From NCBI GenBank assembly GCA_964636085.1, contig CAZWPQ010000004.1, positions 68,804 to 102,870 on the forward strand: a stretch of DNA of 34,067 nucleotides, given 5' to 3'. Under the pieces are notes generated by a model. It was not told where the DNA came from and did no database searches. It saw only the letters and a program-made list of their open reading frames with translations. Source of the stretch: an uncultured Nitrososphaerota archaeon. GTDB lineage: Archaea; Asgardarchaeota; Njordarchaeia; Njordarchaeales; Panguiarchaeaceae. Position 1 is the stretch's first letter. Each line of letters starts with the position of its first letter. The translations under genes were made by a program, and so were the position numbers. Shown piece by piece: positions 20,219 through 29,130 of the stretch.

Positions 20219-20494
20219 ATGCCTATCGAAGTTAGGTTTTATGCACAAATAAGAGAAAAAATAGGAATAGACAAAGTAGTCTTAGAGAACTGTAATAGCT
20301 TCTCTCAGCTACTTACAAGTCTCAGAAAAATACTGGGAGATAAAATTGGCATCATCTTTGATGAACATGGAAACCTAGATAATAGTATCCTCGTGGGGGT
20401 TAATGACAGATTGGTGAGTCAGAATACTTTTATTAAGATCCGCTTTAGAAATGGAGACAAAATTGATATAATGCCTATTGGTTCGGGAGGTTAG
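20219..20494 (+). CDS. moaD: MoaD/ThiS ubiquitin-like sulfur carrier (SAMP-like)
   Basis: VRFYAQIRE, VGVN, GDKIDIMP, C-terminal SGG; adjacent to moaE. Confidence 0.88.
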   Translation: MPIEVRFYAQIREKIGIDKVVLENCNSFSQLLTSLRKILGDKIGIIFDEHGNLDNSILVGVNDRLVSQNTFIKIRFRNGDKIDIMPIGSGG

Positions 20495-20499
20495 GGGAT

Positions 20500-21123
20500 A
20501 TGTATGTTAAGGTCTCGACGAGTCTAACAAGCATACCAGAACTCGTCGAGAAGATAAAGAGGGAGGGAAAAAATATTGGGTGCATAATAATATTTGATGG
20601 GATAGTTAGGGGCATAAGTAAAGGGAAAAAAGTCCAAAAGCTTTATTATGAGTCACAAAAAAATATTGCCGAGGACATGCTAAAAAGGATCGCACAGGAT
20701 GTTATACATAAGTATGGCGTCGAAGATATCATCATTGAGCATAAAATAGGTGAGGCGTTTGTCGGCGATGAAGTCCTGCATATTATTGTAGCTTCTCCCC
20801 ATAGCTTCGAGGCCATCACAGCGCTTGAGGAATTATTGCATAGAGTAAAGACGGAGCCAACAATTTGGAAGAAAGAATATGTTGAAGGAGAATCATATTG
20901 GGTATCAACGGATAAAACAAAGGCCATAAGACTTATCGTTAATGGAAAAGAAGTACATCTAAATCCATTCGTCACCACACTCCTCCATAAAACAATTCTA
21001 TCCATGATATCCGTTCTTAGAGGAACAAATATATCTGGTAATGAGAGAGTTATTATAAAGGTGTTCAAGGATTACAAAGGCGATAGTAGCAATATTGGGC
21101 ATGAAAAAATCGGGAAAAACTAG
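20500..21123 (+). CDS. moaE: Molybdopterin synthase catalytic subunit with C-terminal extension
   Basis: GCIIIFDGIVR, LYYE, HKIG, VKTEPTIWKKE. Confidence 0.9.
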   Translation: MYVKVSTSLTSIPELVEKIKREGKNIGCIIIFDGIVRGISKGKKVQKLYYESQKNIAEDMLKRIAQDVIHKYGVEDIIIEHKIGEAFVGDEVLHIIVASPHSFEAITALEELLHRVKTEPTIWKKEYVEGESYWVSTDKTKAIRLIVNGKEVHLNPFVTTLLHKTILSMISVLRGTNISGNERVIIKVFKDYKGDSSNIGHEKIGKN

Positions 21124-21592
21124 AATAGCCACATTCCTCATCAAATCTCTGAAGCACAGATATAGAATATTATCCATTAAACATTCCTGCGAATCCAACT
21201 TTGATATTGACAAACAGGGAAAGGATTCTTGGAGAATGAAAAAGGCTGGTGCCTACACAGTTACGATTTTATCAGATAAGAAACTTGCCATAATTTCTGA
21301 TGCCGATAACATTGACCCCTTACAGATGGTGACGGATTTAGAAAACCTATTAAGAGTAGAGTTTGACCTTGTCCTTATCGAGGGATTTAGTAGACTAGTC
21401 GGCCAAAATAAGAACGTTTTCAAGATCATTGCGGCGAAAAGTACCAATGATTTTAAGGAAATCATAAAAAACGTTGATGAGAAAATCCTCGCCGTTGTCT
21501 CCTCCGAAAAAATTAGGACCGATTATCCAACCATATCTTTCGATGAGATGGACAAACTTCTGGAGCTACTTGAACGTATACTATCCCCATAA
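21071..21592 (+). CDS. mobB: Molybdopterin-guanine dinucleotide biosynthesis protein B
   Basis: AIVAILGMKKSGKT P-loop, SIKH, DIDKQGKDSWR...AGA, DLVLIEGFS. The conserved first strand lies upstream of the track's TTG 21095; the start is placed at ATT 21071 by inference. Confidence 0.85.
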   Translation: MTKAIVAILGMKKSGKTRIATFLIKSLKHRYRILSIKHSCESNFDIDKQGKDSWRMKKAGAYTVTILSDKKLAIISDADNIDPLQMVTDLENLLRVEFDLVLIEGFSRLVGQNKNVFKIIAAKSTNDFKEIIKNVDEKILAVVSSEKIRTDYPTISFDEMDKLLELLERILSP

Positions 21593-22672
21593 TTAATGAA
21601 GCACCTCGGATCTCCTAATTATCCTAGAGATGTCCTCCCCATGACGTATCTCGACCTTATCTCTGTATTTCTTTTTTGCTAGATCAAGAGCAATTTGATG
21701 AATAGCATATAGAGATAAAATTGGGGCCAAAAAATAACTAATACTGGGAATAAGTATTGTTGAAGGCTGGAAAAGTATTTGGTCAGATATTACAAATATC
21801 TCTGATCCTAACTTCTCCAGCAAACCTACCGCGTCTCTCGCCCTACCGTTTGCTGGTCCAGATGATATGAGGACACACATATCGCCAGTACTTATGGGTA
21901 TGTTTCCATAATGCAGGAACTCCTCCAGTTCAAATGCTATGGAGTGAGATAAATTTAACTCACATAGCTTAGCCATAGCGAACAGCGAAACTGGATAGTT
22001 AGGGCCTCCCCCAATAAAGTAAATATTACTGGAGTGCTTCCCAGCGAAGAATGCCTCCATAAATTCATCCCGAATACCCCGATAAGCTTTACCTACCTTG
22101 CGGAGATATTTTTCGATATCACATAACTGTTGTATTAATGCGTTATAAGCCTCGGGAGTTAGTGTTCCCAGTCGGTTCCCAAGCTCCACAGAAATTAGGG
22201 AGAGCACATATAGAAAGCACATACTTGTGACAGTTGGGGCAGGAACCTTGTCATCAGCATTTACAATTATCACTTTATCCGACTCTCTAACTATTGGAGA
22301 ATCTGGTTTACATGTTACCCCTACAACCCTTACCCCCGATTTCTTGGACTTCATAACCGCTGACAATGTTGCAGCCGTCCTTCCAGAGGCAGAAAATGCT
22401 ACTACTATACTATTTTTTGGCAACAACCTGAACCTGGATAATTCATACGCATTTTCGGCACACGAAGGCTTTCTGGCGAGTCCCTCAAGTAGATGCATTC
22501 CATATAGGGATGAGAAATAGCTGTCACCACAACCAGTTAAAATTATGTGCGACGCCCCCATCATATATTCAGCAATCTCATCGATATAACCACGGGCTTC
22601 ATTATAGATTCTCTTCAATACCTGAGGTTCAGACATAATCACATCTTCGAGTAATTTTAGATCAATAATCAT
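21593..22672 (-). CDS. Double-SIS-domain sugar-phosphate isomerase/deaminase (GlmS C-terminal/FrlB-like)
   Basis: TGCGDSY, FSASGRT, SPIVRESD, FIGGGPNY...KLCE, EEFLH; start refined to ATG 22672. Confidence 0.82.
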   Translation of the reverse strand: MIIDLKLLEDVIMSEPQVLKRIYNEARGYIDEIAEYMMGASHIILTGCGDSYFSSLYGMHLLEGLARKPSCAENAYELSRFRLLPKNSIVVAFSASGRTAATLSAVMKSKKSGVRVVGVTCKPDSPIVRESDKVIIVNADDKVPAPTVTSMCFLYVLSLISVELGNRLGTLTPEAYNALIQQLCDIEKYLRKVGKAYRGIRDEFMEAFFAGKHSSNIYFIGGGPNYPVSLFAMAKLCELNLSHSIAFELEEFLHYGNIPISTGDMCVLISSGPANGRARDAVGLLEKLGSEIFVISDQILFQPSTILIPSISYFLAPILSLYAIHQIALDLAKKKYRDKVEIRHGEDISRIIRRSEVLH

Positions 22673-22703
22673 ATCTGACCCCAAGCAAATAAGATATATT
22701 TTT

Positions 22704-24050
22704 CTAATGTAGATAATCAAGTATACTTCTCTGTTGTTTTGCATATGCTATGAGTTTTGATGCTTTAATTACCTCATTTTGATCGATCCTAAGACCCGCT
22801 AGTGCATATCTAATTGCTTCCTCAAATGACCCAAACTTTTGTGGTTGCGTCCTAAGAGCTCTTCTAACACTCTCCCTTACGTACCACACACCAATCGGGA
22901 TATAGTGTTCTGGGTATGCCTCCCTTATAACAATAACCCCCGCCTTTTTGGATTTTTTATAAAGGTGCTCGGTTATTGCGAGTCTTGTTGCGTAGTAACA
23001 ACCACCTATTGATGCATATTCTTTTCTTCCCCAATGCAATTCGTAGTCTCCTCCTATGGCCACATAATCCCCAAAGTAGTTCCAGGATGAACCAGGCCAC
23101 CATATTTCTATGAATTCAAACCTCCATGAGCCAGGGAACATTACTACAACAAATTTATCCCCCAGACCATAATATTCATATACAAGATACTCATTGATGG
23201 AGGGTTTATATTTTATTACTTCATCCCTGATCCACTTCGATATTAGACAGTCAACAGTAGTTATGCTCCATCTAGTGGGGACAAGCCTTCTTTGACTCAT
23301 CACCCCAAGCATTCCAGCACTTAAGACTTGAATTATTCTAGAGACGGGGACTCCATTCCGATATAGGTACACCATGGCGTCCATAGCTCTTAGATCATGT
23401 TCGTTATACACATACTCTAGTTCCCTAAGTGAGCCGCGGGGCCTGATTTCAAACATATTGATTATCCCTCTCAGGCCGATTGGTTGTATATATGGGCCAG
23501 CAGTTATCCTACTTATTATCCTTTTAAACTCTACATAGGACTCCGAGGATCTCTTAGATAGCACAGTATCCACAAGGCCTTCATGGAGTTTTCCTATTTT
23601 TTGGGGCCTTCTCACATCAACCCTAGACATTCCTCTGATCAGTGATAATCTCATATCTAGAAATTCGTCTATGGAGTCTATATCCCACGTTTCTGGCATA
23701 CTATAGTTTGTTACATCCTTATTTTCCACATGGAAGAGTGGACCGACAAATACTTTTGGGTATCCTAATCTTCCTACAAATATCTCTGGAGGCGAAGAAC
23801 CAATGAATTCTTTCCTGACAATCCTTAGTGTTTTTCTAAGATGGAAGTATTTCGCCAATACGGGGCATTTTTCTCTTCCACATAGCCCCCTAGTCCCACG
23901 ACAAATTATACATATTCGCGTTTTATCCACTCTAGTAAGACTTCTAGGATAGGGATTAAACTCACTAGCATTATCATCATTAACCAGATGAGAAATCCAA
24001 GGAAGCGATCTCTTCACAATCTTAACGAGTTTTGGGGACAAGGGGGTCAC
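22704..24050 (-). CDS. nreA: Nre family archaeal DNA repair protein
   Basis: CIICRGTRGLCGREKCP, GSSPPEIFVG, RRLVPTRWSITTVD, GGCYYA, GVWYVRE, C-terminal PIP-like QRSILDYL. Confidence 0.92.
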   Translation of the reverse strand: MTPLSPKLVKIVKRSLPWISHLVNDDNASEFNPYPRSLTRVDKTRICIICRGTRGLCGREKCPVLAKYFHLRKTLRIVRKEFIGSSPPEIFVGRLGYPKVFVGPLFHVENKDVTNYSMPETWDIDSIDEFLDMRLSLIRGMSRVDVRRPQKIGKLHEGLVDTVLSKRSSESYVEFKRIISRITAGPYIQPIGLRGIINMFEIRPRGSLRELEYVYNEHDLRAMDAMVYLYRNGVPVSRIIQVLSAGMLGVMSQRRLVPTRWSITTVDCLISKWIRDEVIKYKPSINEYLVYEYYGLGDKFVVVMFPGSWRFEFIEIWWPGSSWNYFGDYVAIGGDYELHWGRKEYASIGGCYYATRLAITEHLYKKSKKAGVIVIREAYPEHYIPIGVWYVRESVRRALRTQPQKFGSFEEAIRYALAGLRIDQNEVIKASKLIAYAKQQRSILDYLH

Positions 24051-24061
24051 AAAAAATATAT

Positions 24062-24637
24062 TTATTCTAATGGCTTTTTAGGCTTGTATGGTTTCCATCC
24101 CTGCTTTTCTCTGAACTCATTTATAATCGCGATGGCCTTCTTCTTTGTCTCTGGATCCATCTTCTTGGATCTAAGAACGGCCATATATAGCACATATGTC
24201 CTCCCAGCAATTGTCTTCTTGGGTATTCCATGGTCCAGGTCTTCCTGGAGCTCTCTTATTATCCCCGCAACCTCTTCTATGCTTGATAGCCCTGGCTCAC
24301 CAACATCCCTTACCTCTCTCCCAAGATATATGCTTCCTTTTTCAACAACCACGAACTTCCCTCTCTCATATGTAATCCTACCCTTCACAATCCTATCGTA
24401 GAATATCCAGTTGTCCCTCCACTCCGGATTTTTCTTCTCCAACTCGGCTAATGCAAGCTCTCTTAACTCTCTAGTCGTCACTTCCTCCCTGTCTGCTATT
24501 TTTTTCTCTATTTTATCCGCAATTTTCCTAGCAACCTTTTCGGGAGTACCAGCCTTTATCATACTACTAACTAGTTTTTCCTTATCAAAATCCTCTACGC
24601 TTCCATCCATTTTTACTACTTTTATCTTGCCCGCCAA
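24062..24637 (-). CDS. ATP-cone domain protein with uncharacterised C-terminal domain
   Basis: VVKMDGSVEDFDKEKL...VTTRELRE ATP-cone signature; GAGGTG RBS before TTG 24637 (GTG 24646 alternative). Confidence 0.85.
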   Translation of the reverse strand: MAGKIKVVKMDGSVEDFDKEKLVSSMIKAGTPEKVARKIADKIEKKIADREEVTTRELRELALAELEKKNPEWRDNWIFYDRIVKGRITYERGKFVVVEKGSIYLGREVRDVGEPGLSSIEEVAGIIRELQEDLDHGIPKKTIAGRTYVLYMAVLRSKKMDPETKKKAIAIINEFREKQGWKPYKPKKPLE

Positions 24638-24686
24638 GAATACCACCTCTTTAACTTCTATTATTAACTATAAAAAAAGGAATTAT

Positions 24687-25340
24687 CTATTGAGATGATG
24701 AATGACTTGCCGACTGAAACTCGTGATGACCCACCTCTCTAACTGAGAGCATAAATACTGGAAACGACCCACTATACACATACCACTCCTTCTTCTTGGG
24801 GTCATAGAACCTTACTGTACCCCTAACCACTTTCATGACTATTCCGCCAAAAGTAAATTTCTTCCCTATCCTACCCTTCATATAGCGGAGTATAGGCCTC
24901 TTCGTCGTGCTTAGCCTTGTATCCTCATTTATATGTAACACTGTAATCCTTGCCTTTAATCCTCTAAAACCGAAAACTATCGTATCGCGTATTCTGACGG
25001 AAACATAGAAAAATCCAACATGAACATATGCATGTCTTTTCTTGCTTACTGAAAGGACGATAAAATCTAGAAGGCCTAGCGTCGAGATAGACTTAAACAT
25101 AAAAAATATGTTGAGAATACCAATAGCTACTGCTATTCCATACATGCTATGGGAAATCAGCACCAATATCACAGATACCCACAAAAAAACTTGCGATACC
25201 GCCTTTACAGTATCGACAAATCTTCTCGACACAGAAAGCGTTACATGATTCAATCGCCTTACAAGCATCATCAGGAGTAATATCACCATCATCTGAGCAA
25301 TAAGAGATATGTATATAAAGATAGTATACATCATACTCAA
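24687..25340 (-). CDS. Hypothetical membrane protein (about 3 N-terminal TM segments, basic soluble domain)
   Basis: 217-aa ORF co-oriented with its neighbours; hydrophobic N-terminal half. Confidence 0.65.
   Translation of the reverse strand: MSMMYTIFIYISLIAQMMVILLLMMLVRRLNHVTLSVSRRFVDTVKAVSQVFLWVSVILVLISHSMYGIAVAIGILNIFFMFKSISTLGLLDFIVLSVSKKRHAYVHVGFFYVSVRIRDTIVFGFRGLKARITVLHINEDTRLSTTKRPILRYMKGRIGKKFTFGGIVMKVVRGTVRFYDPKKKEWYVYSGSFPVFMLSVREVGHHEFQSASHSSSQ
24692..24749 (+). ncRNA. Box C/D sRNA (dual 2'-O-methylation guide)
   Basis: C ATGATGA 24695-24701; 12-nt guide; D' CTGA 24714-24717; C' GTGATGA 24723-24729; 13-nt guide; D CTGA 24743-24746. All four boxes are consensus; TATA-like AT tract at 24661-24677. 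RNA ends are approximate. Confidence 0.85.
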
Positions 25341-25357
25341 ATATCATATTGCTATGA

Positions 25358-25777
25358 TTACTCCCCCATTACAGTAACTACAATATTTCTATTTCTGGGC
25401 CTAGTGTCCAGCTCTAAGAACACAATCTGTTGCCACGCCCCCAGAATAAGCTCCCCATTTTTTATTGGAACAGTTAGAGAGGGACCAATAATGCTCGCCT
25501 TCACATGAGACCTACCATTATCGTCTCCCCACCGCTCATGATGATAATAATATATGTCCTTTGGCGCAATACGTGAGAGGGCGTCGGTCAGATCCCTCTT
25601 TAAGCCTGGTTCATACTCCATTGTGGTTATCGCACCAGTCGACCCAGGTATAAAAATATTTACCAGCCCATTCTTAACATTTGACCTAGAGACTATGTTG
25701 TGGACTTCCCCAGTTATGTCAATAATATCATTCTCCCCCTTTGTCTTTAACCTTATTGTTTCACTATAATAAATCAT
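25358..25777 (-). CDS. yjbQ: YjbQ/UPF0047 family protein
   Basis: IDIT, GSTGAITTMEYEPGL, DNGRSHVKASIIG, LGAWQQIVFLELD. Confidence 0.9.
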   Translation of the reverse strand: MIYYSETIRLKTKGENDIIDITGEVHNIVSRSNVKNGLVNIFIPGSTGAITTMEYEPGLKRDLTDALSRIAPKDIYYYHHERWGDDNGRSHVKASIIGPSLTVPIKNGELILGAWQQIVFLELDTRPRNRNIVVTVMGE

Positions 25778-25992
25778 TCGGGCCACCCATAATAATATCC
25801 TATTATCGCTATTATTTTAGATGAAAACGATTACCTATAAGAAGCAATAATACAGAGGAGCCATTAGAAAATATAGGGATAGATCATTAAACCTAGGCAC
25901 TCCTAGCTAAGATATTTGAGGTCGCTAAGGGGACGGATGGTATGGATGGATCAAAGAGATAAATTACAGCTTTTATATAAAATAAAAATTTA

Positions 25993-27123
25993 TTAGGACT
26001 CCGATGCCGAGGGTTTCCTCTTGATCATGCCTAGCGTGTATTTTAGGTCTGATATCCAGTAGAATCTTCTGTCTTTGATCGCATATAATAGTATTACCAG
26101 CCCTAGGATCACCATTAGTATCGCTGAGTATGTTATATATGCTTCCTCTATCAGAGAATACATTAGAAATGCATATACGACTATTAGTATGAATCCTTCA
26201 GTCAATGTGATTCGACGGTCAACTGTTGTAAGGGCGCCCAATAGAGTAAGGGCTCCAGCGAGAATCATAAATTCTCGGACATGGGCCACGGATAGGGATA
26301 CATTAATGCTTTCATACTCGACGATTAGTGCTAATATCATGGAGGAAAATAGGAGCGTGCCATTATTCACTTTTGAACTCATAAAATTACATATACCCAA
26401 CCTAGCCATATCTTCGTTTTTTGTAGCACCGATATACGCAGTCAACTTCTCGGGCATTTCTGAAACTATGGGGGCAAGAACAACGACGAGTAAATATGGC
26501 GATATCCACGTATATTTTTCCTTAATGTATACGAGGCCATTTGTAAATTCTTCTGCCGAGAACCATATAAGGGGGACGCTGGCAATTAAAATTATTATGG
26601 ATAGTAACTTCCTATTAAGGAATTTCTTGGCTATACCAGATATTTCCTCTGTTTCGACCTCTGGTGGAAGTCTTGTAATAATATACATATATACAACGAA
26701 TAGTATTAGCAGTATTATACCATCATACACATTGATATATCCCTTGAGGGCAATGAAGATCATATAGGCTCCAGAGATTGCTAGAAATACCGACTCCACA
26801 GAATTTTCACGCATCAAATCTAGGGACTTATCCTCCTTTACACCTTTAGCCCCAGAGAGATATGCAATGAATATAACTATTGGATACCCCAAGCCTATCA
26901 AAAGTATATTGGCCCCGATTATTGATACAAAAGCCAGATCTGCCTCCCCGATAAGCGTTAGATGAACCACGAATGCATACTCTGGAAGCGTTTGCAACAA
27001 TGCGATTAGACAGGCAATAAAGGTATCACTATAGTGATATTGAAGGGCCTCAGCAACGGCAGAGACTAAATATGCGCCCAGGATTACAAGGAAGGCACTA
27101 ATGATGATCATCAGAATATCCAT
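25993..27123 (-). CDS. Ca2+/cation antiporter (CaCA, Na+/Ca2+ exchanger family)
   Basis: Two alpha-repeats (QTLPEY...IIGAN; SEMPEK...MSSKVNN) in a polytopic membrane protein. Confidence 0.82.
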   Translation of the reverse strand: MDILMIIISAFLVILGAYLVSAVAEALQYHYSDTFIACLIALLQTLPEYAFVVHLTLIGEADLAFVSIIGANILLIGLGYPIVIFIAYLSGAKGVKEDKSLDLMRENSVESVFLAISGAYMIFIALKGYINVYDGIILLILFVVYMYIITRLPPEVETEEISGIAKKFLNRKLLSIIILIASVPLIWFSAEEFTNGLVYIKEKYTWISPYLLVVVLAPIVSEMPEKLTAYIGATKNEDMARLGICNFMSSKVNNGTLLFSSMILALIVEYESINVSLSVAHVREFMILAGALTLLGALTTVDRRITLTEGFILIVVYAFLMYSLIEEAYITYSAILMVILGLVILLYAIKDRRFYWISDLKYTLGMIKRKPSASES

Positions 27124-27195
27124 CCTCAACACCACTATATTGGCATTTTATTTTTGTCAAAATAATAAATAAAAAATAGTGTTGCTGGTCATCCT

Positions 27196-28116
27196 ATGGG
27201 ATACTGTAAATATTGTGGAAAGCCCGCCATCGTAAATCTAAAGTATGCCAATTTGAGATTATGTAGAGACCATTTTATAAGCTTCTATGAGAATCGAATA
27301 AGAAAAATGCTACAAAAATACGGGATAACTGGCCCTCTTCTCGTTGCGGTTTCTGGAGGAAAAGACTCAATGTCGCTTCTAGCTGCACTCAAAAAGATCT
27401 CAGCTCTCCAAAACATCCAGATATTCGCATTCCATATAAATCTGGGAATACCTAACTATTCTGACAAAAGTATGAAGATGGTGAAGGAATTCGCTAAAAG
27501 AATTGGTGTACCTCTTATAATCGCAGATTTAGTGGAGGAGATCGGCTATGATCTCCCCCAAATCGCCAAGGTCATTGATAGGCCTATTTGTTCTGTATGT
27601 GGCATTATTAAGAGATGGATGATTAATAAGATTGGATACGAATGCGGATTTGACTATGTGGCAACTGGACATAATATTGATGATACATCTACCTATCTTC
27701 TTAAAGCTCTAATGACACAGGATCTATACTCCATCGTTAGGGGGCAGTGGGAGATTCTGCAGCCTAAAAAAGAGATGAAATTGGTGGGTAGGATACGCCC
27801 GCAGTTTTATCTGTCTGAGAAAGAAAATATGTTATATGCATCACTAAATGACATACCTGTGGTTGAGGAGCCATGCCCCTATAGTCGTGGAGCAACTATA
27901 CATAAATACAAGAGTGCTTGGAGCACACTTCTAGATATAAACCCCATAGCACAAATAAACATAACCAAGACAATTATGAAACTTCGAAAAATGCTTAGTA
28001 TCGAGGAACCAGAAATAAAGCAATGCTTGAAGTGTGAGTTTCCAACCGAAAGTAAGGATGGTATCTGTTCCTTTTGCAAAATAATGGAAAAAATCTCCGA
28101 GAAACTGGGCCAATAG
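27196..28116 (+). CDS. ttuA: tRNA 2-thiolation enzyme, TtuA/Ncs6 (NcsA) family
   Basis: N-terminal CxxC...CxxH zinc finger, SGGKDS PP-loop, CSVC, TGHNIDD, CPY, C-terminal CxxC...CxxC. Confidence 0.88.
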   Translation: MGYCKYCGKPAIVNLKYANLRLCRDHFISFYENRIRKMLQKYGITGPLLVAVSGGKDSMSLLAALKKISALQNIQIFAFHINLGIPNYSDKSMKMVKEFAKRIGVPLIIADLVEEIGYDLPQIAKVIDRPICSVCGIIKRWMINKIGYECGFDYVATGHNIDDTSTYLLKALMTQDLYSIVRGQWEILQPKKEMKLVGRIRPQFYLSEKENMLYASLNDIPVVEEPCPYSRGATIHKYKSAWSTLLDINPIAQINITKTIMKLRKMLSIEEPEIKQCLKCEFPTESKDGICSFCKIMEKISEKLGQ

Positions 28117-28121
28117 CTAGG

Positions 28122-28667
28122 TTATTTGTCCATTAGGTAGAGAATATGATGAATCTCTGGGAGAATAAGCTTCTCTAGTGCCAATTGTACCGCGCTTGGA
28201 GAACCTGGGATAGCAAAAACTATTGAGTCTTTTATTATTCCAGCAATAGCTCTCGATAGAAATGCTGAGGAGCCTATCTGCATGTATGATAAATATCTGA
28301 AGATCTCCCCAAACCCATCGATTTTTCTTTGGAGAATACCCTCTAGTACATCTGGAGTCACATCTGTTTTGCTTATTCCAGTTCCACCAATAAATATTAT
28401 TACTCTACATCCAGCATCCAAGGCCCTTTGTAATGATTTCAATATTTCTTCCTTATCGTCAGGAATGAGATCCCTTAGCAATACATCGAGCCCTCCCTCC
28501 CCAATAAGTCTTGCTGCAAGATCTCCGCTAGGATCATCAATTACACCACTTTCCATGTACCTACCATACCTAGAAGTACTCACTGTAATTATCCCTACCC
28601 CTATTTTTATGTTTTTTTCCTTAATATATCTCTCTGCGGTCTCTCTATGTTTTCTTGGTACGGCCAT
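28122..28667 (-). CDS. moaB: Molybdopterin adenylyltransferase MoaB/MogA family
   Basis: ITVSTS, DPSG, IPDD, GGTGISKTDVTP, GFGEIFR, LSRAIAG, IPGS. Confidence 0.92.
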   Translation of the reverse strand: MAVPRKHRETAERYIKEKNIKIGVGIITVSTSRYGRYMESGVIDDPSGDLAARLIGEGGLDVLLRDLIPDDKEEILKSLQRALDAGCRVIIFIGGTGISKTDVTPDVLEGILQRKIDGFGEIFRYLSYMQIGSSAFLSRAIAGIIKDSIVFAIPGSPSAVQLALEKLILPEIHHILYLMDK

Positions 28668-29107
28668 TATTTCACCTCTCGCTTTACTTTTTCTACAACC
28701 TGAATATCGGTGATTAGAGTATATGGATATTGCCCCTTCTCGTCTTTCTCATATTTCTTTACCATATCCCATATGTTCAGAAGACCAGCACATACACCAA
28801 CTAGTGCCTCCATCTCCACACCCGTTTTCGAGACACTTTTTACGGTTACTTCCACATCAAGATATCCCCTCACTGGGCATATTTTTGTATGTATATGCGT
28901 GATCTCTATTGGATGACAAAATGGGAGCAATTCAGCTGTTTTTTTGACTGCATTCATTACTGCTACTTTTGTTGCCTCAAACACATTACCCTTTTCTATC
29001 CTATCCTCCACGATCCTCCTTATGGTTTCCTCTCTTAATCTTATACGGCCCCGTGCCCTTGCTATTCTTATCATATTTTTCTTATCACTTATATCAACCA
29101 TGCCCAT
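28667..29107 (-). CDS. moaC: Cyclic pyranopterin monophosphate synthase
   Basis: MVDISDK, KGNV, LLPFCHP, TGVEMEAL, IWDMVK; TAATG stop/start coupling to moaB. Confidence 0.95.
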   Translation of the reverse strand: MGMVDISDKKNMIRIARARGRIRLREETIRRIVEDRIEKGNVFEATKVAVMNAVKKTAELLPFCHPIEITHIHTKICPVRGYLDVEVTVKSVSKTGVEMEALVGVCAGLLNIWDMVKKYEKDEKGQYPYTLITDIQVVEKVKREVK

Positions 29108-29130
29108 GCGAAGTACCCCCGAAATAAACC

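Noticed and set aside
26075-26767. 230-aa plus-strand ORF and similar antisense ORFs elsewhere
   Set aside because: Shadows of well-supported opposite-strand genes, with no motifs of their own.
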